Origin: a bacterium
GTDB taxonomy: Bacteria; Verrucomicrobiota; Verrucomicrobiia; Limisphaerales; UBA11358
Reading direction: 5' to 3'
Assembly (NCBI GenBank): GCA_021813325.1
Contig: JAKALA010000003.1
Coordinates: 61,114-125,113 of the forward strand
DNA length: 64,000 nt
Part shown: positions 16,295 to 24,291 of the stretch, piece by piece
How positions within the stretch are numbered: position 1 is the stretch's first letter
Layout: each line of letters starts with the position of its first letter
Notes under the pieces: model-generated
Database searches by the model: none
What the model saw: only the letters and a program-made list of their open reading frames with translations
Told to the model about the DNA's origin: nothing
Translations under genes and position numbers: made by a program

Positions 16295-16573
16295 ATGCAA
16301 CTCGCGCGCGTCGAAGGCAACATCGTGGCGACCCGGAAACATCCGAGCTACGACGCGTGGCGCTTGGTGATCTGCCAACCCATTAGCAATGACGGACAGC
16401 CGGAAGGGGCGCCAATCATTGCCATTGATTCGCACGGCGCCGGCATGCATCAGGCCGTGGTCATCTCGTCGGACGGCAAGGCCGCCCGCAAAGCGGTGGG
16501 TGTGGACAAAAGCCCGGTTCGCTGGCTGATCACCGGCATCGTGGATGAACACGAGCCGGGCAAAAGAATTTAA
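16295..16573 (+). CDS. BMC-P vertex protein (EutN/CcmL family), second paralog
   Basis: MQLARVEGNIVATRKHPSYDAWRLVICQP...AIDSHGAGMHQAVV. Confidence 0.9.
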   Translation: MQLARVEGNIVATRKHPSYDAWRLVICQPISNDGQPEGAPIIAIDSHGAGMHQAVVISSDGKAARKAVGVDKSPVRWLITGIVDEHEPGKRI

Positions 16574-16879
16574 ATGAAACTGGGAACCGTCATTGGTCGT
16601 GTGACTTTGAGCCGCGGCGAACCCTCGCTGACCGGCGGACGTTTCCTCGTCGTCAGCCCGTTTAGCCGCGAGCAATACGCCAAAGGGCTGGATGCCGGAG
16701 CCGACATGGGCAAGGACCCGAGTCTGGTCGTGTATGACGATTTGGGCGGCGGCGTGGGCGATGTGATCGGCTACGAGGAAGGCGCCGAAGCCGCGCAACC
16801 GTTGCCACAGCCAACACCGATTGACGCCATTAATTGCGCCTTGGTGGACGAGATGTTTTACCGCCCGTGGAAGGGCTAA
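16574..16879 (+). CDS. BMC-P vertex protein (EutN/CcmL family), third paralog
   Basis: MKLGTVIGRVTLSRGEPSLTGGRFLVVSP... The start abuts the previous stop (TAAATG). Confidence 0.85.
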   Translation: MKLGTVIGRVTLSRGEPSLTGGRFLVVSPFSREQYAKGLDAGADMGKDPSLVVYDDLGGGVGDVIGYEEGAEAAQPLPQPTPIDAINCALVDEMFYRPWKG

Positions 16880-16965
16880 TCGGGAGATGGAAGTTAGAAG
16901 CTGGAAGACGGGGAAGACGAAACCCCAACTCCCAACTTTCATCTGCCAACTGCTAAAATAAATTT

Positions 16966-18027
16966 ATGAGCCGACTTATCAGTGCCCGTGACATTCAGGA
17001 AATGATCCGCAACGGCGGCGTCAGCATCCCTGACGACGCCATTCTCACGCCGTCTGCGCGCGAAGCGTTGCAGGATTATGAGATGAATGGAAAACGAGCC
17101 ATTGTGACCACCGTAGCCGCCTCTGTGTCCAAAGCGGTAAACGAAACCATTTCCCCACCGAGCAAAAAATTGAATTCCAAGTCGCCAAAACATGAGTTGG
17201 AAGCCTTTTTCAATTCGCCTTATGCGCAAGCTTTGAAAGAACAGATTTGCGCCATGGGCAAGCGGCTCTGGACACGTGAATACGTGGACGGCAACGGCGG
17301 CAACATGGCCATCCGGGTGGGCGAAGACATTGCTATTTGCACGCCTACCCTTGTCAGCAAAGGTTCGCTTCAACCATCAGACATGTGCCTGGTGGATTTC
17401 GATGGCAACCAACTCCTCGGCACCAAGAAGCGCACCAGCGAAATCTTAATGCACTTGCAGATGATGAAGAAACAGCCGCAGGCCGTCGCCACCTGCCATT
17501 GTCATCCACCCTACGCCACGGCATTCGCCATCGTCGGCGAAGCGCCGCCCACCTGCATGCTGCCGGAATACGAGGTGTTTTGTTCTGTTGGCGTGGCCCC
17601 GTATCGCACGCCTGGTTCGCCGGACATGGGCAAACTCGTCGCCGATTTGACGGATCAATACAACACCATCCTCATGGCCAATCACGGTGTCGTGACCTGG
17701 AGCCACAACAACATTGAGGAAGCCTACTGGCGCATGGAAATCATCGAAGCCTATTGCCGCACGATTGTCGTGGCCGGACAATTGGGCAAGCCGATTAACA
17801 CGTTCACCGGGCCGCAGATGAAGGAAATTCTGAACATCAAACAAAGCCTCGGCTTTGTAGATCCTCGCCATGGTCTGAAAGAATGCGAGCTTTGCGACAG
17901 CGGCGACTGGCGTCCGGGCGCGACCTGTCAGGTGCCGCAAAACGCCGAACCAACCATCGGACTTGACCCCGAGGCGGAAGCGGCCGTGAAAGCCATCACC
18001 GACCAGATTCTGGCGCAATGGAATTAA
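16966..18027 (+). CDS. Class II (metal-dependent) aldolase, fuculose/rhamnulose-1-phosphate aldolase-like, with N- and C-terminal extensions
   Basis: Class II aldolase/adducin core (GNMAIRVG, TCHCHPPYATAF, MANHGVVTW). There is a ~110-aa N-terminal extension and a C-terminal amphipathic helix, EAAVKAITDQILAQW. Confidence 0.88.
   Translation: MSRLISARDIQEMIRNGGVSIPDDAILTPSAREALQDYEMNGKRAIVTTVAASVSKAVNETISPPSKKLNSKSPKHELEAFFNSPYAQALKEQICAMGKRLWTREYVDGNGGNMAIRVGEDIAICTPTLVSKGSLQPSDMCLVDFDGNQLLGTKKRTSEILMHLQMMKKQPQAVATCHCHPPYATAFAIVGEAPPTCMLPEYEVFCSVGVAPYRTPGSPDMGKLVADLTDQYNTILMANHGVVTWSHNNIEEAYWRMEIIEAYCRTIVVAGQLGKPINTFTGPQMKEILNIKQSLGFVDPRHGLKECELCDSGDWRPGATCQVPQNAEPTIGLDPEAEAAVKAITDQILAQWN
17983..18023 (+). 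repeat. 41-bp direct repeat, copy 1 (last 13 codons of the aldolase gene)
   Basis: GCCGTGAAAGCCATCACCGACCAGATTCTGGCGCAATGGAA is identical to 18891-18931. Confidence 0.95.
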
Positions 18028-18756
18028 TCATTTTGGCAAAACTGACGGAGGTGGATAATATGAGTTTGAGTCAGCAGAGAAATTCCCCGGGTGTTCTGCC
18101 GTGTAAATTTTAAGACTTGCTTGTAAAATTTTCACATTAAATTCACAGGTTCGCTTTTGAAAACTCGGTGCATCCGGTCCCACGGGGATGTGTGGATAAA
18201 GCACCTCCGAATGATCCTGAATTAGTTCAAAGCAGACTTGGGCTTCCAGCCTTAAAAATTTATTTGTGCTAGTAAGACATTTGTTTAACAAAGGCGCTCC
18301 TATTGGCCCCATCCGCGCAACCACATAAAGCACTTGCGGGTCAGGCGGATTTTCATCAAGCATTTTTTCCAGCGCAGGTAATGCTCCCGCCGCTTCCGAT
18401 CCCAACGCATCCAATGCGGCCAAAGCTTCAAATCTGGAACATGCGGGACGGGGGGATGGAGCATCATTGGTGGCTTGGTTTTCCCTCCAGGCATTTCTTT
18501 CTTTGAGGAATAGTTCATTGCGCGCCTCACTCAGATAATCAATCAGCAGCGGCAGCGAATTCGTGCCAATCTGACGGATCGCGTCGGCAGTAATTGAAAA
18601 TTGTTGAGGGGTTGGATTCTCCGAATCAAAATCCCGCAGCCATTCAGTCACACTACGGTTTTGAAACTTCGGCTCCTCCGCCATCGCCTGATGAGTCATC
18701 AATATTCCCGCAGTGAAAACGCACAGCACCAGCCGCGGTATAACGCCTGTTTTCAT
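18028..18756 (-). CDS. Secreted HEAT/ARM-like repeat protein (inside the low-GC insertion)
   Basis: A signal-peptide-like N-terminus (MKTGVIPRLVLCVFTAGILMTHQAMA) and HEAT-like helices (AIRQIGTNSLPLLIDYL, ALDALGSEAAGALPALEKML). One hand-counted 60-nt sample gave 45% GC. Confidence 0.7.
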   Translation of the reverse strand: MKTGVIPRLVLCVFTAGILMTHQAMAEEPKFQNRSVTEWLRDFDSENPTPQQFSITADAIRQIGTNSLPLLIDYLSEARNELFLKERNAWRENQATNDAPSPRPACSRFEALAALDALGSEAAGALPALEKMLDENPPDPQVLYVVARMGPIGAPLLNKCLTSTNKFLRLEAQVCFELIQDHSEVLYPHIPVGPDAPSFQKRTCEFNVKILQASLKIYTAEHPGNFSADSNSYYPPPSVLPK

Positions 18757-18890
18757 ATGCTATGAAGTAATTATTCGAGCTGTGAGATTCTTTCTTGATC
18801 ACTTCGAATGTCGAGTATTTTCCAATGGAGCAAACTAGCACACATTTATGAAATCAAGAAAAGTCAACAACCCTCACTGGTTCAGCCGCC

Positions 18891-18931
18891 GCCGTGAAAG
18901 CCATCACCGACCAGATTCTGGCGCAATGGAA
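18891..18931 (+). repeat. 41-bp direct repeat, copy 2 (orphan aldolase 3' end, ...AAVKAITDQILAQWK*)
   Basis: Identical 41-mer. It is followed by GTAA (Lys-stop), whereas copy 1 is followed by TTAA (Asn-stop). No start codon exists upstream in frame (TGA at 18849-18851). Confidence 0.95.
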
Positions 18932-18941
18932 GTAAATTCTG

Positions 18942-20075
18942 CTATTTGCGAATAAAAATGTCGCCGTCCCCGCTCGGGATGGTGAATTCAGTTCCAACTC
19001 GTCCCGTGGCACGACTTCGCTGCGGCGAGGCAAGTTGAACGTTTACCGGAACACCACCGGGCGGATTGTAGATCACCACACCATTGGTAAAACCTCTTTC
19101 CCAGGCCCCGTCAACGCGTTTCACGCCAGGCTTCAGTGGCAGCCCAAGACCCTTATCCCAAAACGCATACCAGTCATGGAGATGATCCGCCGTGGGCAGA
19201 TCATTGGGATCGGAGAAAAGACAGCAACCATCGGATTGAGTCAGCGCCAGGGTGGTCACCGAGCGCATCAAGACGAAATCGTTGCGCGACTGGTGAAACC
19301 ACGTTTCCACGCAATTGATTCGCGGCGAGCGAAGATGTGTTTCCGCCCAACGGAGTGTGTCAGAAATCCGGCTCCAATCCTCAGGCGTCGCGCTGCGATA
19401 GCATTCCATAAACAAGCCGTTGACATATTCAGCCGTCTGCGGAATTTCCCGGTCATTCGCGTTGACCAAAATCAACGCGTCACCGCCGATCGCCTCACGA
19501 ACACGCCGGATCAGGCTAACTCGTGAAGCATCGTCGTTCCACCAGTCCAGCATCACGCCATCAAAAACGCCCGTATCCATAACCGCCTTGGCCCGGTGGA
19601 CCACCTGCGACTGCCAATCCTCCTGGGCCACATCAAGCAACCGATAGCCGCCTTCGGCCCAGCCCATGATAAACGCACCGGCGCCATCGCGTTTCCACCA
19701 GGGTGCGTTTTCGGGAATAAAACCCTTCGGTGCATCGCGGTAACGAACCTCCGCCAGCAGAACCATGTGCGGATTTTTCGCCAGCAACTTTGTTCGATGC
19801 TCGCGAGCCGCCGCCACGCTGGCGGCAGTGAACTTAAACGCCGTGCCTTCAAACGGCTCTTCGGAACGCAAACCCAATTGCGAAGGATGCACAAAGGCAA
19901 GATCATGGCGGGCGAGCATGTCGGCTTCGCTTTGTCCGGGCAGCGGCTTGGCCCCGTTCCAAGCTTGAAAAACGGAGGGATAATCGCGCGCGGCAATGCG
20001 TTCCGATGCTGGCAGTTCCGCCGGCACGGCCGAGAGGGTCGCAAGACTTATGAAACATAGAATTCGCAGGAGCAT
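18942..20075 (-). CDS. Secreted TIM-barrel glycoside-hydrolase-like protein (GH114/GHL-like, tentative)
   Basis: Signal peptide MLLRILCFISLATLSAVPA. The segment GVFDGVMLDWWNDD and its overall pattern resemble putative glycosyl-hydrolase-like families. The ORF is open to 20123, but ATG 20075 is preferred. Confidence 0.6.
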   Translation of the reverse strand: MLLRILCFISLATLSAVPAELPASERIAARDYPSVFQAWNGAKPLPGQSEADMLARHDLAFVHPSQLGLRSEEPFEGTAFKFTAASVAAAREHRTKLLAKNPHMVLLAEVRYRDAPKGFIPENAPWWKRDGAGAFIMGWAEGGYRLLDVAQEDWQSQVVHRAKAVMDTGVFDGVMLDWWNDDASRVSLIRRVREAIGGDALILVNANDREIPQTAEYVNGLFMECYRSATPEDWSRISDTLRWAETHLRSPRINCVETWFHQSRNDFVLMRSVTTLALTQSDGCCLFSDPNDLPTADHLHDWYAFWDKGLGLPLKPGVKRVDGAWERGFTNGVVIYNPPGGVPVNVQLASPQRSRATGRVGTEFTIPSGDGDIFIRK

Positions 20076-20189
20076 GGCGGCGTGTGCGTTCGTAACATAG
20101 CCAATTACTTGGAACATCGGCAATCCGGTTTCATGCGCGGATTGCCGAAACTATTTTGTCCGGCCCGGCGGCTTTGCTACGCTTCCGCC

Positions 20190-21236
20190 ATGCGAATTCT
20201 TGTTGGGATTTTCAGTTTGGCGCTGGCGTTAGCCGTTTCCGGCGCGGAGATCCGTTTTAATTTTGGCGATCTGCCGGCAGGCTCCACGCCCACTAATTTT
20301 CTGCCGGTGCTCAAAGGCAGCGGTCAGCCGGCGGCGTGGAAAATCGTCACCGATAAATTCACGTCGCAACTGGCGCCCTTGGCCGGCAGCACGCCGAACT
20401 ATGTCACCCATGGCGTGCTGGCCCAGACCAGCCAGGACATGACCGACGAGCATTTCCCGATGCTGCTCTATACCGGCCAACGCTTCCGTGACTTTAAATT
20501 TACCACGCGGTTTAAAATTGTGAGCGGGATTGCCGAGCAAATGGCCGGCGTGGTATTCCGCTATCAAAATTCATCCAATTACTATGTCGTCCGCGCCAGC
20601 GCCTTGGGGAAAAACGTGCGGTTTTACAAGGTGGTGAACGATCTCCGCTCCGATCCCATTGGACCGGAAATTCCGGTGACGACCGGCCACTGGCACACTC
20701 TCGCCGTAAAGTGCGATGGCACGCAGATCACCCTTTGGTATGACGACAAACCCGTGATGAATCCGCTCGGTGATAATTCTTTGAACATGGGCTTGCTCGG
20801 CTTTATCACCAAATCCGACGCGGTGGCTTATTTCACCGACGCGCAGGTGGAATATACGCCCATCATTTCAGGGGCGCAGTCCCTGGTAAACTCCATCCTT
20901 GAAAAACAAACGCGCCTGCTGGGTTTGCGGATTTATCTGGCTGACACCAACGGCGCGACCCGCGTGGTGGCCAGCAAAGATCCCACGAAACTCGGCATGG
21001 CGGGCACCGAAGCCGAGAGCAAGGCCATCCAAAGTGGAGCCGTATTTTTCGGCCGCGATCAGGGCGACGATCTGGTCACTCTGCCGCTGCACGATCACAA
21101 TGGCGATTACATTGCGGCCGTGCGGCTGCGCCTGAAATCATTTTTTGGCGAAACCCAGGAGAATGCGCTTTCCCGCGCGCGGCAAATTGTAAAGGCCATG
21201 CAACAGCAGGTGGTCTCGTCCGACGATTTGCAGTAA
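20190..21236 (+). CDS. Secreted protein with a DUF1080/LamG-like (concanavalin-type) domain plus a C-terminal sensor-like domain
   Basis: Signal peptide MRILVGIFSLALALAVSGA. The segment FRDFKFTTRFKIVSG...AGVVFRYQNSSNYYVVRAS...GHWHTLAVKCDGTQITLWYDDKPV is typical of DUF1080-like lectin folds. Confidence 0.65.
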   Translation: MRILVGIFSLALALAVSGAEIRFNFGDLPAGSTPTNFLPVLKGSGQPAAWKIVTDKFTSQLAPLAGSTPNYVTHGVLAQTSQDMTDEHFPMLLYTGQRFRDFKFTTRFKIVSGIAEQMAGVVFRYQNSSNYYVVRASALGKNVRFYKVVNDLRSDPIGPEIPVTTGHWHTLAVKCDGTQITLWYDDKPVMNPLGDNSLNMGLLGFITKSDAVAYFTDAQVEYTPIISGAQSLVNSILEKQTRLLGLRIYLADTNGATRVVASKDPTKLGMAGTEAESKAIQSGAVFFGRDQGDDLVTLPLHDHNGDYIAAVRLRLKSFFGETQENALSRARQIVKAMQQQVVSSDDLQ

Positions 21237-21297
21237 CCGATCCGGTATTCGCGTTTCAACGTCCATGAACTGAGCCACGAACACAGAAACCGTCGGC

Positions 21298-21334
21298 GAA
21301 CCTGCGACCTAAGCCGGCGTCCGGTCGCAGGTTC
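21298..21334 (+). repeat. REP-like hairpin (12-bp perfect stem) downstream of the 20190-21236 gene
   Basis: GAACCTGCGACC (21298-21309) pairs with GGTCGCAGGTTC (21323-21334). It is followed by GGCGTCGCGCC, the same GCGACGCC motif family seen at 12415-12517. Confidence 0.6.
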
Positions 21335-21595
21335 GGCGTCGCGCCGGTCTCTAACTTCCAACGGCAACCGCCAAATCCAAGACGTGTCTCCAGCGGACTG
21401 GATCAAAAGCCAGCAACAACTGCCAGCGTTATCGTAACTTTCAGAGCAGCCATGCTCTGGTATCTACGAAGACCCCGGAATCATTCCGTCAAGAAGGTCG
21501 CCGGTGTGACGCTTGCGTTCAAATTATCAGCGAAGATTGGGATTCATCGCGGCGGACGTCAAAGGAATGGGGCAGCCGGGTTGGCGGCTCACCGC

Positions 21596-24214
21596 TTAAT
21601 TCTTCCCGGCTTCCAACGCCGCTTTTTTCTTCTCCAGCGTCTCCTTGAGCGGCGGCAGCAGCAATTCCATGCGCGAGATGAAGTTTGTCGGGCAATTGCC
21701 GTTCGCCGACAGCAACGGCAGCGCCAGCAGGCCGGCCCGTTTCACATACGATGCGTCGCCCGGGCCGTGGCCATCGCCGGCATAGCCCAGTTCAAACGCA
21801 TCGAGATAATGGTTACGGGCCTCGGCCAACAGGGCCGGGCGCGCGGCGGACGGCGCATTTTCAGCCATTTTTTCCAACACCCGTCCCCACCCCACATCCG
21901 CCCGGCAGCGCAGATTGATGCTGGCTATATCCGACTGCACCACCTGGGCAAACGCATTGGTCGCCGCATCCAAAGCCCCCAATTGAAGATTGCAATCGCC
22001 CAATTCGCTGGCGGCGAGCGCGCCGAGATCGTTCGTGGCGTTGGCCAGGCATAGCTGCGTAAAGATGTTCGTGGCCGCCTCGAAATTCATAAACGGACGG
22101 TTCGTATCCGGTGAATCCATCTTCATCAGCACACTGCCATAGGCAAACTTCACCTCGGTCTTCAGTGTTTCGGGACAGTTGGTGTCGTTGACCAGTTTCA
22201 ACAGGTAATTCGCGGCGTCCGTATAACCCTGGCGGGCGGCGGCGGCGCGCCCGGCCATCAGTTGGGCCGGATAAAACAAATCCGACTTTTGCCAGGCCGG
22301 CGTCTGAAAGATCAGCTCATAATTTTTCTCCGCATCCACAAAGCTGGTCGTGTTGGTGGCGCCCTGTCGGTAATAATAGTCCGCCACCCACCACTGGGCC
22401 AGAGGGGCGAGATCATTCGTGGGAAACCGCGTGACAAAGTTGGTGAACTGCATGAACGCGTTCGATTCGTTGCCCGCCTGGTAATTCACCCAGGCCAGCG
22501 CGTATCTGACCTTGGGTTGCAAGTCGTTGGTGGGAAAGCGGGCCAGCCAGGCGTCATAGCAGGCGATTGTATCGGCCCATTTTTGCTCGTGCTCCAGAAT
22601 GCGCGCCTGCTCCAGTTGCACCTGCGGCAGCAACGGCGAATCCGGGAATATGGTCGCGAATTCCTCAAAAATCTTCAGCGCGTTGGTCTCATCCCCCCAA
22701 TCCGAAAACCCCTCCGCCAACAGCAACAAACCGTCGTCCCGCAGTTGGCTGTCCGCATAATCCTTCAGCATCCGCTCCATGGCTTCGTTCGCGCCGACGG
22801 CATTGGTCATGCGGATGTTGGACCGTAAAATCTGATACCAAGCCCGGTCGCCCAACGACTGCGCCACCAGCGGCGTGGTTCCGAACTGAGTCAACAGGGC
22901 ATGATAACTCTTCTGCGCCGCCTCAAATTGTCCCAGGACAAAAAACGCATCGCCCGTTTTGAACATGGCCACCGCCCGATCCTCCGACACCGGCAGCAAG
23001 CGCACCGCCGCCTGAAAATCCGCCAGGCTCTCGTTGGTCTGCCCGGCCAGCCAAAAATACCAGCCCCGATCCAAATGCGCCTTGCCGGCTTGCGGACTGT
23101 TGGTGTTCGCATTCAACAATTGATCAAAATGCTTCCGCGCGTCCGCCAGTTGATTGGTGGCAGACGGGTCGGCCACAAACTCTTTGAGTTCCAATTCGCC
23201 CAGCGTGACCTGGGCCAGATCCGCCGCCGGCGAATTGCTGTATTGCGCCACGTAAGCGCCCAACTGATCGATGGCAACGTTGAATTGTTTTTCTTCAATG
23301 GCCGCCTGGGCGATCCGCAACAGGGCTTCGCGCTGCCAGTCCACCGGCGCGGAATTGGTCAAATTTTCCGCCCACGCCGCGCCCGCTTCCTGCCAGCGAC
23401 CGAGGTGTTCCAGCACGGTGCCGCGCCAGGCCACACTGTCCGCCAATTTTTCCGGGTCATTCAACGCTCTGGCCAGCGGCAGCAGATTGCTCGCGGTGGT
23501 CAATGCCGCATCGAAATCCTTCGCCCCCACCTGCGCCCGGCAAACCAAGTTCGCCCGGCGCCAGGCCAAGTCCATGGGCAACCGCTCCGGCTTCACCAGA
23601 TTTAAGGTCGCCAGCGCCGCCGCGTAGTCGGATAGCGCCAGCTCGGCTTCGGCCAAAGTCAGCCGTCCGCTCACCACCAACCCGCTCGCCGCATCCACCG
23701 CCGCCGCATGGGCGAACACGCCATTGGTGGCGCCCAGCAATTCGGTGATTTGCGGCCAGGCGGCGCTGCGCTCAAAGGCCGAGGCCGCCTCCACCACGGC
23801 GGCGAGCCTTAGTGGCGAATCGGTAAACTGAGCAACGAGATTCGTGAACGTGGCGGCGGCATGATCGTAGTCTCCCTGCCCAAACTGCGCTTCGCCCAAC
23901 CAATAGGCGTAATCGTCGGCCAACGCTCCAAGATGCTCATGCGGCCCGGACAGGGTGGCTATCGCCGCGGTAAATTTGCCTTGTTTGCATTGCGCCTGCG
24001 CCATGGCCAGCACGGCGTCAGCAATTTTTTCCGACTTGGGATATTTTTGGATGAACTGGGCGTATTCCGTTTCCGCCCGATCCCAGATGCCGTCCTGCAA
24101 CCAACGCGTGGCTGAAGCAAAGGCGCGCTCCTCACGGGCCGAGGCCGCCATGATCCGGCCACTGCCCAAAACGAGCAGGCACACAATCAGCAGCCATCGA
24201 GAGCGGAACAGCAT
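21596..24214 (-). CDS. Secreted tetratricopeptide-repeat (TPR) protein, 872 aa
   Basis: A signal peptide is followed by many TPR-like helix pairs (Ala/Leu/Tyr-rich A..Y..A...G.. periodicity). Confidence 0.8.
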   Translation of the reverse strand: MLFRSRWLLIVCLLVLGSGRIMAASAREERAFASATRWLQDGIWDRAETEYAQFIQKYPKSEKIADAVLAMAQAQCKQGKFTAAIATLSGPHEHLGALADDYAYWLGEAQFGQGDYDHAAATFTNLVAQFTDSPLRLAAVVEAASAFERSAAWPQITELLGATNGVFAHAAAVDAASGLVVSGRLTLAEAELALSDYAAALATLNLVKPERLPMDLAWRRANLVCRAQVGAKDFDAALTTASNLLPLARALNDPEKLADSVAWRGTVLEHLGRWQEAGAAWAENLTNSAPVDWQREALLRIAQAAIEEKQFNVAIDQLGAYVAQYSNSPAADLAQVTLGELELKEFVADPSATNQLADARKHFDQLLNANTNSPQAGKAHLDRGWYFWLAGQTNESLADFQAAVRLLPVSEDRAVAMFKTGDAFFVLGQFEAAQKSYHALLTQFGTTPLVAQSLGDRAWYQILRSNIRMTNAVGANEAMERMLKDYADSQLRDDGLLLLAEGFSDWGDETNALKIFEEFATIFPDSPLLPQVQLEQARILEHEQKWADTIACYDAWLARFPTNDLQPKVRYALAWVNYQAGNESNAFMQFTNFVTRFPTNDLAPLAQWWVADYYYRQGATNTTSFVDAEKNYELIFQTPAWQKSDLFYPAQLMAGRAAAARQGYTDAANYLLKLVNDTNCPETLKTEVKFAYGSVLMKMDSPDTNRPFMNFEAATNIFTQLCLANATNDLGALAASELGDCNLQLGALDAATNAFAQVVQSDIASINLRCRADVGWGRVLEKMAENAPSAARPALLAEARNHYLDAFELGYAGDGHGPGDASYVKRAGLLALPLLSANGNCPTNFISRMELLLPPLKETLEKKKAALEAGKN

Positions 24215-24291
24215 GACAAGAATCTAAACGACGCCCCGCATGGACAAAAGCGCAAATCAGCCATGAAAAACCGGCACCAGCGGAAACTGAA

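Noticed and set aside
14894-16942. A 682-aa ORF on the minus strand spanning the aldehyde dehydrogenase and two BMC-P genes.
   Set aside because: It is antisense to genes with unambiguous family motifs. Its composition is Arg/Ala/Gly/His-rich and low in complexity, as is typical of shadow ORFs in GC-rich DNA. No recognisable domain is present.
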